Part shown: in pieces, positions 24,246-33,606 of the stretch
Layout of the letters: every line of letters begins with the position of its first letter
Numbering within the stretch: position 1 is the first letter of the stretch
Assembly: GCA_034434895.1 (NCBI GenBank)
Contig: DAOTYI010000280.1
Span: 1 to 46,647, forward strand
Length of the DNA stretch: 46,647 nt
Direction of reading: 5' to 3'
DNA from: Anaerolineae bacterium
GTDB taxonomy: Bacteria > Chloroflexota > Anaerolineae > JAAYZQ01
Made by a program: the position numbers and the translations under genes
The notes under the pieces: generated by a model
Told to the model about the DNA's origin: nothing
The model's input: the letters and a program-made list of their open reading frames with translations, nothing else
Databases searched by the model: none

Positions 24246-27200
24246 ATGAAGGGTGACAAGAAGGCGACGCTTCTGGCGTCATGGCGCACCTGGCCGGAGT
24301 GGTGGCTGCTCCTTCTGGGCCAGGCGATCTTTTGGGCGGTGCGTCCCTGGCTGATGGGGAGGGAATGGCATTGGGTGGTGGCCTGGGGAGCACTGGGCCT
24401 GTTCCTGTTGCCCGGCACTTCTTTGCTGGTGCTGCTGGGCGACAGTGGCAACTGGTGGGAGCGGCTGAGCCTGGCCTTTGTCGGCAGCCTGTCGCTGCCC
24501 AGCCTGCTAGCCCAGGCGGCCATGCTGCTCCACACCAACATCCAGACCTGCACCTGGGGCTTCCTGGCCCTGACCGGGGTTCTGCTGCTGGCTGCCCTGC
24601 TGCGCCAGATCTTGGGCCCTCCGGCCGGGGAGGCGATCCGCCCTGATGAAGGGCGTACCCCTTTCTGGCTGGTTCTTTTTCTGGCCGCGCTGCTGGCTGG
24701 TCTGGCGGTTTACTGGGCCAACGCCCCCATGGATTCCGACCAGTGGAACGCCCTGGCCTGGGTGCAAAACCTGCGCCATGATGCCCGGATGATGGCCGAG
24801 GAACCGCTCTATGGTCTGGGCATCCCCATCTCGCCGCGCTACATGTTTGTGCCGTGGCTGACCCATCAGGCCATGCTCTCCCTGCTGACCGGGCTGGACC
24901 CGGTGGACCTGCTCATCCCGCTGCGGCTGCCCCTGATCTTCCTGTCCATCGGCGCCGTCTACCGCCTGGCCCGCGCCATCACCCGGCAGCGCAAAGCCGC
25001 TGGCCTGGCGACGCTGGCCTGGGGCTTTTATCTGCTGGTCTGGAACCAGGGCTCCTATCCCGGCTACGACCTGGTGGTCCGCTCCGACCTGGACAAGATT
25101 CTGGCCAGTTTCACCCTGCTGCCGGTCATCCTGGACCTGGCCCTGGCTGCCCTGCAACGCGGCACCTGGCGCGAGTGGGCCTGGCTGGCGCTGGGTTCAG
25201 TGGCGGCTGCCCTGATGCACCCGTTGGCTGTGGGGCTGGTCGGCCTGTCGCTGCTGGGGCTGGCGGGCATCGAGGTGTTGCACCTGATCCTGCCCCCCTG
25301 GAAAACGATGACCCTGGCCGACCGGCGACGGCTGCTCCTCCGCCTGGCCCTGACGGCCTTGATCCTCGGCCTGGCGTTGATCCCGTCGCTTGTCGGGCTA
25401 CAGGCCGGCGCGGCCACGCCCACCGGCACTGTGGTCTCCAGCGGCCTGCAGGATACGCGCGACCCCAGCCTGGCTCGCAACCTGGGCTATGCCCTGGCCC
25501 AAAAGCGGCTCTGGATCCTGGACAGCGGCCGCTATATCGTCCATCCGCAGATGTTGCTCCAGCCGATCCATCTGGTGGCCCTGGTGGCCCTGCTCGTCCT
25601 CCTGCCTCTGCTGCGCCGCGAGCGGGGCGTCCGCCTGCTGCTGGGCATGGCCATCACCATCCCGATCTTGACCCTCAACCCGCTCACCGCCGGGCTGCTG
25701 GGGCGGTTCACCACCCCCTGGCTGCTGTACCGGCTGGCCTGGCCGGTGACCCTGGCGGCAGCGGTGGCTATCGGCTGGGGCCTGTATCTGCTGTTTCAGC
25801 GGCGGGTGTGGCGGCGGCTCAGCACCGTGGCGCTGATCGCCCTGTTGCTGGCCGTGGCCCTGGCGGCCATCCCGGCCTATCAGGCATCTGTCACCTGGCT
25901 GCGCGAACGCCGCGACACCTTTAGCGCCAACACCTGCTTCCAGGCCGGCCCGATCCTGCGACCTTTCCAGGAGCTGGTGCCCGGCGCGGAACCGCCGCCT
26001 GAGCTGCCCCCGCCCGACCCGCAAACCCAGGCAGGCCGGTGGCGGAGCGGCGTGACCGTCCTGGCCGACGATGACATGAACGGCTGCCTGACCTCCTACG
26101 CACCCTATGCCAACGTCATGGAGTTCCGCACTACCAACCTGATCCGCTACTATCCACCTGACAAAGAGGAGGTGGCCTGGCAACGGCTGTTCGATGCCCT
26201 GTACTACAGCAACGCCGAGTTTGTGGACCGGCGCTTCCTCGACCTCCTGGACCGATGGGCTATCGGCTATCTGATTGTGCGCCAGAGTTCGCCGTTAGAG
26301 CCGCAGTTGCGCCACCTGCCCGGCCTGTTCCAACCGGTCGCTTCGGCGGTGGGGCGCACCATCTACCGGGTGGAACGTCCCCTGTCGCCGTCAGCGGTGG
26401 TGGAGGCCAACACCCTCCTGGCTGAAGGCCGGTTCGAGCAGGGCATCGCGGCCTATCAGAGGCTCCTGAACACAGGGGATGACGACGCCCGTTTCCTGGC
26501 GCTGCTGGGCCTGGGGCGGGCCTATCTGCACACCGGGCAGGTGGAGCAGGCCATTACTGCCTGGCAGCAAGCCACCGCCTGGCCGGAGGAGGCCCTGCCC
26601 TGGGCCTGGCTGGCCGAGGCCTACCTGCTCCAGGGCCGTTCCGACCAGGCCCTGGCCGCCTATCGGCAGGCTGTGGCCCGCCAGCCGGGTAATGTGGCCT
26701 TTCAGACCCGGCTGGGCGACCTGTGCGCCGCCGCCGGCGACCTTGCCTGCGCCCAGGCGGCCTACAACGCCTCGCTGGCCGGCATCCCGCCGGAGAGCAG
26801 CACCGCTTACAACCGGTTGGGGCAGTTGTGGCAGAACGCCAATGCCAACGAGCAGGCCATCGCCGCCTATGAGAAGTCGCAGCAGATCTACGAAGGGTAC
26901 CTGACCTGGGGGGCATTGGGCGCCGTCTATCTGAAGCTGAGGCAGTGGGAGCGGGCCGAAGCGGCCTTCCGGCGTATCCTGGAGCTGGACCCGTGGGAGG
27001 AAAGTGCGCACCAATATCTGGGCCAGCTCTATGCCGCACAGAACCGGATGCAACAGGCAGAGGAGGAGTACCGGCTGGCCCTCCGCCTGAACCCCCTGGC
27101 CAGCGGCGGCTATGCTGCCCTGACGTCGCTGTGGGTCAGCCAGCAGGGGACCCCTGCTGCCATAGAGCGGCTCCGGGAGATGGTCGGCTTTCGGCTGGGC

Positions 27201-30200
27201 CTGGCCGACGCTCTGGCAGCGATGGCCGACCTGCAAAACCGGGCCGGCCGGCCCGACCAGGCGGTGGGGACTCAGCAGCGGGCGATTGACTGGTGGCCCC
27301 TGGCCGGCAGTGCCTACGACTCGCTGGGCACCTATCAGGCGGCTGTGGGCCGGACTGACGAAGCCGGAGCCAGTTTCCGCCGGGCGTTGGACCTGTCCAG
27401 CAGCGATGCGATGGCCTGGCTGGGCCTGGCCGGCCTGGCCCGTCAGGGCGGCGACCTGGCTTCGGCCCTGGGGTACAGCCTGCGTGCCGTCCAGGCAGCC
27501 CCCTATCAGGCCTATCCCCACCAGGCTCTGGCCGGCCTGTACGAGGCCCTGGATCAGGACGACCTGGCCCTGATCCACTATCAACTGGCTGTGTCGGTCG
27601 AACCGAACTCCGGCTCGCCGTTGCTGGCTTTGGGGGGCTACTACCAGCGCCAGGGAGACCTGGCCCGCGCCCAGGACCTGTATCAGCATGCTGAGGCGGT
27701 GCAGCCCAATGCCAGCCTCTACTTCAACCAGGGCCGGCTGGCTCAGCTCCAGGGGCAGTTGGACCTGGCCATTGAGCAGTTGCGCCGGGCGGTCGAGCTG
27801 GCACCCGGCTACGGCTACCTGCGCGTCGGTCTGGGGCAGGTCCAGACTCAGGCTGGCGACCGGCAGAGCGCCCTGGAGCAATACCAGGCCAGCATCCGTC
27901 TGGACCCCGGCTTTGTCAGCGGTTATCTGTCGCTGGGCAGCAGTTACGAAACTCTGGGGCAGTGGGACCTGGCCCAGGCCGCCTACCTGACCGCCACGCA
28001 GACGGTGCCGGGTGACCCGCAGGCCTATGTCAGCCTGGCCCGCCTGGCGGCCAGGAGGGGCGATCCTGAACGGTCGCTGGCCTGGTACCGGCAGGCCATG
28101 GAGGTCGCTCCCCGGTCGGCTCTGGCCTGGCGGGCTATGGGAGATTACTGGAAGGGGCGTGGCGACGTCCAGGCTGCCGTGGCTGCCTATCGGCAGGCCA
28201 TAGCCCTGGCCCCGGCCGACGTCGCCGGTTATGCAGCCCTGGGCAACTTGTACATCCAGACCAGTGATCTACAGGCTGCCGAGGCGCAGTACCGGGCCGG
28301 CCTGGAGTTCAATCCCGGCTCTGGCCAGTTGCACAGCCTGCTGGGCGACCTGTACGCCCGGCAGGGGCAGGCCGTGCCGGCCGAAGCGGCCTACCGGCGT
28401 GCCCTCCAGGCCGAGCCGATCTACCTGGGCGCCTATACCTCCCTGGCCAATCTGTACCGCCGCCAGGGGAGATTCGATGCCGCTCTGGCTACCTATCGTC
28501 AGGCAGAGTCAAAGCTGCCCGGCTCGGCTGACCTGCAGATCGCCCTGGCCGGCTATCTGCGCAGCCGGGACCAGCGCGACGAGGCGCTGGCCGCCTACCG
28601 CCGGGCCATCAACCTGTCGCCGGGGCTGGCCGGCCCCTGGGATAACCTGGGCGACGCCTGCCGCGCCTGGGGCCAGTTCGACCAGGCCGAGGCCGCCTAC
28701 CAGCAGGCGCGAACCCTGGAGCCGGGCAACCCGCAACCTCACCTGGGCCTGGGGCTGGTCTATCAGAGCCTGGGGCGCTTTGACCGGGCAGAAGCCGGGT
28801 TCCTGGCTGCTGCCGCCCTGGATGCCACCTCCGGCGAACCGTGGCAACGGCTGGGGGCGCTCTATCTGCTCCGGGGTCGCGCCGGCCAGGCGATCGCTGC
28901 CTGGCAGAAAGCGGTGGCCCTCAACCCGCTTGACCCCTATGCAGCCGTGGCGTTGGGCCAGGCCTATCAGCAGCTTGGCGACGCGGACAAAGCCCTGGCC
29001 GCGTTGCGCGCCGCCGTCCAGAGCTCCCCTCTGTCCGGCTACGCCCGCGATGCCCTGGCCCGGCTGCTGATGGCCCTGGGCCGGACCGACCAGGCGCAGG
29101 CCGAGTGGCTGGCCGCCACTCAAAACGATCCCACCTTTGTCCAGGGCTTTCTGGGCCTGGCCGACCTGTATGCCCGTCAGGGGCGATTTGAGCAGGCCGA
29201 GGCGACCTGTCGCGCCGCCCTGGATGCCGACCGTTCGGCCCCTGGCGGCTATGTCCGGCTGGGGCAGTTCTTGCAGGACCGGGGACGTTTTGACGAGGCA
29301 TTGGCCTGGTTCCAGGCCGGGGCTCAGGCCGCGCCCGCTTCCGGCTATGCCCACCTGGCCCTCGGTTCGGCCTATGTCCGGCGTGGACAGGTGGCCCGGG
29401 CGGAGGCCAGCTACCGCCGGGCCATGGCCGCCGATCCGACCTTTATCCAGTCCTCTCTGGCGCTGGCCGGCCTGTTGCGCAGCCAGGCCCGGCCCGGTGA
29501 AGCTGGGGCTGTGCTTCAGGAGGCCATCGCCGCCAACCCGGCCGACCCCAACGGTCCCATCGCCCTCGGTCAGCTCTATGCGGCGCAGAATCAGCCGGAG
29601 AAGGCGCTGGTCCAGTTCCAGGCGGCGGCGGCTCTGGCACCTGGCGCCGCCGCTCCCTCCCTGGCGGTGGGCGATTTCTACCGCAGCCGTGCCCGCTGGG
29701 ACGAGGCCCTGGCTGCTTATCGGAAGGCGACGGAATTGGAACCGGCAGCGGTGGGCGGCTATGTGCGCCTGGGCGACACCTATCATTCCCTGGGGCGTTT
29801 CACGGAGGCCGAACAGGCCCTGCAGCAGGCCATCCGGGCCGATGCCGGCAGCCCCGATCCCTGGCTGAGCCTGGCCCGCCTGTATCAGACCTGGGGCCGT
29901 TTTGACCAGGCAGCGGCGGCCAGCCAGACCGCCATTCAACTTGCCCGGCACCTGGCCGGCGGTTATCTGCGTCTGGGTGAGGCGTACCAGGCTCAAGGCC
30001 AGATTCAGGCGGCCCTTGAGGCCTACCGCCAGGCCACGGAGATGGCCGCTGGGGACCCACAAGCCCACGCTACAGTGGCCGGCCTGTACCGCGATCTGGG
30101 CCAGGTGGACCAGGCGGAAACCGCTTACCGCTCTTCCATTGCCTGCGACCGGAGCAACCCGGCCGGCTACGTGAGGCTGGCTGCCCTCTATCAGGCGCAG

Positions 30201-33200
30201 GGCCGTTTCGACGAGGCAGCGAGCACCTATCGGGAGGCTCTCCAGGCCAGCCCCGCTTCCGGCTGGCTGCGCGTCAGCCAGGCCGGTCTCTACAGCCTGC
30301 AGGGCCGGTATGACCAGGCCCTGGCCGCGCTCCAGGCCGCCCTGGAGGTCGAACCGACCTTTGCCCCGGCTTATTCCAGCCTGGCGAACCTCCATTTATT
30401 GCAGGCCGACGCCTCTGCTGCCGAGGCGGTTTTGCAGGCCGGTCAGGCTGCTGCCCCTGCCGACCCGGCCGCTTTCATCAACCTGGGGGCTTTTTACCAG
30501 AACCGTGCTCGCTTTGACCAGGCCGAGGCCCAATACCAGGCCGCTCAGGAAGCGGCGCCCGGTTCCGGTTGGGCGGCCTATGCCCTGGGTGGGTTTTATC
30601 AACAGCAGGGGGACCTGGCCCAGGCGACGGCTGCTTACAGCCATGCCCTGGAGCTGGAACCGACCTATCAGGCGCCCTACCTGGCGCTGGCCGGCATCCG
30701 CTGGGCCGACGGCGACCGGACCGGGGCCGAAGCCACCGCCCGCCGTGCGGTTGAAGTCGAGCCGGGTGATGTGAACGGGACGCTGCTGCTGGGCCAATTC
30801 CTGCTGGCCCGGGTCCGTTTTGACGAGGCGGTGGCCACCTGCCGGTCCGCTGTGGAAGAGTTCCCCGGCCTGTCCGGCTCCCGCATCGCGCTGTGCAACG
30901 CCTATCGCGCCCAGGGAAACCTCCAGGCAGCCCTGTCCGCCTGTCAGGAGGCTATCGCGGCCGAACCGGGATATGCTGCCGGCTATGCCGCGTTAGGGGA
31001 TGTCTACCGCACCCTTGACCGTCCGGTCGAGGCCGTGGCTGCCTACCGCCGGGCGCTGGCCCTGGACGCCACCAACGCCAATGCCAGCCTGGGATTGGCC
31101 CAGGTGTACCGGCTGGAGCAAAAGTGGACGCAGGCCGAGGCGGTGTACCAGGAGGTGCTGGCGCAGGCGCCGGGGGCTGGCTGGGCGCGGCTCGCGCTGG
31201 GCGACCTGTACCGTGCCTGGCGGCAGTGGGACCGGGCACTCGCTGCCTATCAGACGGCTCAGGCCTGGGAACCGGGCAACCCCCAGGCCCAGATCGGCCT
31301 GGGATTGACCTGGTGGGACCTGGGGCGGGTGGCGCAGGCTCAGGCTGCCTTTGAGGAGGCGATCCGCCTGGCGCCGGCCAACCCGGCCGGCCTGATCAAC
31401 CTGGCCCAACTTCTGCAAAACCAGGGGCATCCCCACGAGGCGTTGCAGCGGCTCAAACAGGCCGTGGCCGCCGCCCCGGCCTCCGGCTGGGCCTATACCT
31501 CGCTGGGCAACGCCTACCTGTTGCGTGCCGATCAACCCTCCGCCCTGGCCGATTACCGCCAGGCTATCACGGTCGAGCCGGCCTTTTTGTCCTCCTACAT
31601 GGCGCTGGCCAATCTCTACCTGCTCCAGGGGCAGCCCAGCGTGGCCCTGTCGCAGTACGAACAGGCCAGCCGCGTGGCCCCCAACTCGGCCTGGCCTTTC
31701 CTGCAGATCGGCAATCTGCGCCAGGCCCAGAACCGACTGGATGAGGCCCTGGCCGGCTACGCTGCTGCCCTGGCCCTTGAACCGCTCAGCAGCGACGCCT
31801 GGGTGGGGCGCGGCGATGTCTATCGGCGGCAGGGCCGTCCGGCCGAGGCCCTCAACGCCTACCGCCAGGCCACGGCGCTCAACCCGACCTCAGGGGCGGC
31901 CTGGGCCAGCCTGGGAAGCCAGTACCAGCGCCGGGCCAATCTGCAGGAGGCGGTAGAGGTGTTGCTGCGCGGCATCCGTTCCGCGCCCGATAGCTACTCC
32001 CTGTACAGCACCCTGCGGCTGGCCCTGGCCCAGGCCGACCGGCTGGATGAGATGCCGGCCCTGGCCCGGCAGGCTATCGCCGACAATCCGGGCAAGGCGT
32101 GGCCCTATCTGCTGCTGGGGGATGTCTACAAAGCGCAGTTCCACCCCGACCAGGGGCTGGATGCCTATCGGCGGGCGGTCCAGCTCGAACCGGGCAATGT
32201 AACGGCCCGGCTGGCCCTGGGTTGGGCCTACCAGGTGCTGGGCGATCTGGACAACGCGGCAGCCCAACACCGGGCGGCCTACAACCTGGAGCCGGGCAAC
32301 GCCGAAGTGGTAAAGGCCCTGGCCAGTGGCGACCGGGCGCAGGGCCAACGTCAGGCCTCCATTGACCACTACCTGGCTGCCGCCGACCTGAACCGCAGCT
32401 CGGCGGGCGCCCTGATCACCCTGGCCCTGCTCTACCGGCTGGAAGGAAACCTCCAGGCCAGCCAGGATACCTATGAGCTGGCCTTGCAGCGCGAGCCGTC
32501 GAACCTGTGGGCTCACCTGGGCCTGGCCCAAACTCTGACCGACCTGGAGGAGTATGATGCGGCCATCGAGCGTTACCTTCAGGCCGCCGGGGTGGACCGC
32601 AGTTCCGCCTGGCCATACCTGTTCCTGGGCAGCCTGTACCTGGGGCTGAACGACCCGGCTTCGGCCGAGGCCGCCTACCGCGAGGCGCTGGCCCGCGAGC
32701 CGGGCAACGTCTACGGCTACGCCTGGTTGGGCAACCTGCTGGCCCGCCAGGAAAAGGTTGAGGAGGCCAGGGCGCAGTTCCAGAAGGCAGTGGAACTGTT
32801 CCCCGGTTCAGCGGTGGCCTGGGACCGGATGGGCTACGGCTACCGGCTGCTGAACAAGATGGACGAGGCCATCGAGAGCTATCAACAGGCCCTGCGGCTG
32901 GACCCGGCCCGGACCGCGACCTACGACGCCATCCTGTCGATCTATGCCGGGTGGGGTCGGCTGGATTCCTACCTGCCGCTGTTTCAGGGCTGGCGCAGGG
33001 CCTATCCGGGCGAACCCTGGCCCACCGGCCTGCTGGCCCGCACCTACGAAAAGCTGGACCGGGTGGATGATGCCATCCGCGAGTATGAGGCCATCCTGGC
33101 CCGCGTGCCCGAATACGCCGATGCTCACTACTCGCTGGCGCTGCTCTATGAGCGGGCCAGCCGCCGCGACGACGCCCTGAAACAGTGGAATATCTACCTG

Positions 33201-33557
33201 ACGCTGGCCTCCTCCAACCCGCAGCAGTTCGAGGCGGAAGAGCGGCTGCAACGCCTGAGCCAGATCGTCATCACCTCGCCCCAGGCTGAAGCGGTAGTCA
33301 GGGGCCGGGTGGAGGTGCGGGGCACAGCCAATCTGGCCAGCGGGTTTGTCTATTACAAACTGGAGTACCGCGCCCCTGGCGGCGAGTGGCAACTGATCGG
33401 CGACCTGCACGACCGGCCGGTGGTGGACGGGCTGCTGGGGGTGTGGGATGTATCAGGGCTGGCACCGGGGCGCTACCAGCTCCGGCTGGTGATTGTGGAC
33501 AACACCGGCAACTTTTTGCCGCCCTTTGAACTATGGGTGAACGTGGCCAGACCATGA
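24246..33557 (+). CDS. giant (3103 aa) membrane protein: N-terminal polytopic GT-C-like domain + ~65-70 tetratricopeptide repeats + C-terminal Ig-like beta-sandwich domain
   Basis: One uninterrupted ORF. The first ~545 aa have more than 12 hydrophobic helices. A ~160-aa soluble segment follows (...FLDLLDRWAIGYLIV), then about 2300 aa of 34-residue A..Y..AL.L.P....A...LG..Y periodicity. The last ~95 aa (ITSPQAEAVVRGRVEVRGTA...YYKLEYRAPGGEWQLIG...GRYQLRLVIVDNTGN) look like an Ig/FN3-like module. Confidence 0.8.
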   Translation: MKGDKKATLLASWRTWPEWWLLLLGQAIFWAVRPWLMGREWHWVVAWGALGLFLLPGTSLLVLLGDSGNWWERLSLAFVGSLSLPSLLAQAAMLLHTNIQTCTWGFLALTGVLLLAALLRQILGPPAGEAIRPDEGRTPFWLVLFLAALLAGLAVYWANAPMDSDQWNALAWVQNLRHDARMMAEEPLYGLGIPISPRYMFVPWLTHQAMLSLLTGLDPVDLLIPLRLPLIFLSIGAVYRLARAITRQRKAAGLATLAWGFYLLVWNQGSYPGYDLVVRSDLDKILASFTLLPVILDLALAALQRGTWREWAWLALGSVAAALMHPLAVGLVGLSLLGLAGIEVLHLILPPWKTMTLADRRRLLLRLALTALILGLALIPSLVGLQAGAATPTGTVVSSGLQDTRDPSLARNLGYALAQKRLWILDSGRYIVHPQMLLQPIHLVALVALLVLLPLLRRERGVRLLLGMAITIPILTLNPLTAGLLGRFTTPWLLYRLAWPVTLAAAVAIGWGLYLLFQRRVWRRLSTVALIALLLAVALAAIPAYQASVTWLRERRDTFSANTCFQAGPILRPFQELVPGAEPPPELPPPDPQTQAGRWRSGVTVLADDDMNGCLTSYAPYANVMEFRTTNLIRYYPPDKEEVAWQRLFDALYYSNAEFVDRRFLDLLDRWAIGYLIVRQSSPLEPQLRHLPGLFQPVASAVGRTIYRVERPLSPSAVVEANTLLAEGRFEQGIAAYQRLLNTGDDDARFLALLGLGRAYLHTGQVEQAITAWQQATAWPEEALPWAWLAEAYLLQGRSDQALAAYRQAVARQPGNVAFQTRLGDLCAAAGDLACAQAAYNASLAGIPPESSTAYNRLGQLWQNANANEQAIAAYEKSQQIYEGYLTWGALGAVYLKLRQWERAEAAFRRILELDPWEESAHQYLGQLYAAQNRMQQAEEEYRLALRLNPLASGGYAALTSLWVSQQGTPAAIERLREMVGFRLGLADALAAMADLQNRAGRPDQAVGTQQRAIDWWPLAGSAYDSLGTYQAAVGRTDEAGASFRRALDLSSSDAMAWLGLAGLARQGGDLASALGYSLRAVQAAPYQAYPHQALAGLYEALDQDDLALIHYQLAVSVEPNSGSPLLALGGYYQRQGDLARAQDLYQHAEAVQPNASLYFNQGRLAQLQGQLDLAIEQLRRAVELAPGYGYLRVGLGQVQTQAGDRQSALEQYQASIRLDPGFVSGYLSLGSSYETLGQWDLAQAAYLTATQTVPGDPQAYVSLARLAARRGDPERSLAWYRQAMEVAPRSALAWRAMGDYWKGRGDVQAAVAAYRQAIALAPADVAGYAALGNLYIQTSDLQAAEAQYRAGLEFNPGSGQLHSLLGDLYARQGQAVPAEAAYRRALQAEPIYLGAYTSLANLYRRQGRFDAALATYRQAESKLPGSADLQIALAGYLRSRDQRDEALAAYRRAINLSPGLAGPWDNLGDACRAWGQFDQAEAAYQQARTLEPGNPQPHLGLGLVYQSLGRFDRAEAGFLAAAALDATSGEPWQRLGALYLLRGRAGQAIAAWQKAVALNPLDPYAAVALGQAYQQLGDADKALAALRAAVQSSPLSGYARDALARLLMALGRTDQAQAEWLAATQNDPTFVQGFLGLADLYARQGRFEQAEATCRAALDADRSAPGGYVRLGQFLQDRGRFDEALAWFQAGAQAAPASGYAHLALGSAYVRRGQVARAEASYRRAMAADPTFIQSSLALAGLLRSQARPGEAGAVLQEAIAANPADPNGPIALGQLYAAQNQPEKALVQFQAAAALAPGAAAPSLAVGDFYRSRARWDEALAAYRKATELEPAAVGGYVRLGDTYHSLGRFTEAEQALQQAIRADAGSPDPWLSLARLYQTWGRFDQAAAASQTAIQLARHLAGGYLRLGEAYQAQGQIQAALEAYRQATEMAAGDPQAHATVAGLYRDLGQVDQAETAYRSSIACDRSNPAGYVRLAALYQAQGRFDEAASTYREALQASPASGWLRVSQAGLYSLQGRYDQALAALQAALEVEPTFAPAYSSLANLHLLQADASAAEAVLQAGQAAAPADPAAFINLGAFYQNRARFDQAEAQYQAAQEAAPGSGWAAYALGGFYQQQGDLAQATAAYSHALELEPTYQAPYLALAGIRWADGDRTGAEATARRAVEVEPGDVNGTLLLGQFLLARVRFDEAVATCRSAVEEFPGLSGSRIALCNAYRAQGNLQAALSACQEAIAAEPGYAAGYAALGDVYRTLDRPVEAVAAYRRALALDATNANASLGLAQVYRLEQKWTQAEAVYQEVLAQAPGAGWARLALGDLYRAWRQWDRALAAYQTAQAWEPGNPQAQIGLGLTWWDLGRVAQAQAAFEEAIRLAPANPAGLINLAQLLQNQGHPHEALQRLKQAVAAAPASGWAYTSLGNAYLLRADQPSALADYRQAITVEPAFLSSYMALANLYLLQGQPSVALSQYEQASRVAPNSAWPFLQIGNLRQAQNRLDEALAGYAAALALEPLSSDAWVGRGDVYRRQGRPAEALNAYRQATALNPTSGAAWASLGSQYQRRANLQEAVEVLLRGIRSAPDSYSLYSTLRLALAQADRLDEMPALARQAIADNPGKAWPYLLLGDVYKAQFHPDQGLDAYRRAVQLEPGNVTARLALGWAYQVLGDLDNAAAQHRAAYNLEPGNAEVVKALASGDRAQGQRQASIDHYLAAADLNRSSAGALITLALLYRLEGNLQASQDTYELALQREPSNLWAHLGLAQTLTDLEEYDAAIERYLQAAGVDRSSAWPYLFLGSLYLGLNDPASAEAAYREALAREPGNVYGYAWLGNLLARQEKVEEARAQFQKAVELFPGSAVAWDRMGYGYRLLNKMDEAIESYQQALRLDPARTATYDAILSIYAGWGRLDSYLPLFQGWRRAYPGEPWPTGLLARTYEKLDRVDDAIREYEAILARVPEYADAHYSLALLYERASRRDDALKQWNIYLTLASSNPQQFEAEERLQRLSQIVITSPQAEAVVRGRVEVRGTANLASGFVYYKLEYRAPGGEWQLIGDLHDRPVVDGLLGVWDVSGLAPGRYQLRLVIVDNTGNFLPPFELWVNVARP
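26400..33230 (+). repeat. TPR array (protein-level 34-aa repeats, ~102-nt period) within the giant ORF
   Basis: Recurrent A-x-x-x-Y-x-x-A-L-x-x-x-P / LG-x-x-Y-x-x-x-G-x-x-x-x-A pattern throughout. Boundaries are approximate. Confidence 0.8.
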
Positions 33558-33606
33558 TGGCAGGGTCATAACCTTGTCCCCAACTCGGCCTGGGTCTACA
33601 GCAGGG

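Noticed and set aside
26400-33230. Regular ~102-nt periodicity, considered as a possible CRISPR array or DNA tandem repeat.
   Set aside because: The periodicity is at the protein level (34-aa TPR units within one long ORF). The DNA units are diverged, and there are no conserved direct repeats separated by unique spacers. There are no cas genes.
33574-33582. The 9-mer TTGTCCCCA recurs just after two stop codons (33574..33582 and 35152..35160), upstream of the MurJ-like and paralog-4 starts.
   Set aside because: It is only 9 nt and occurs twice, which could be coincidence. There is no surrounding conserved context.
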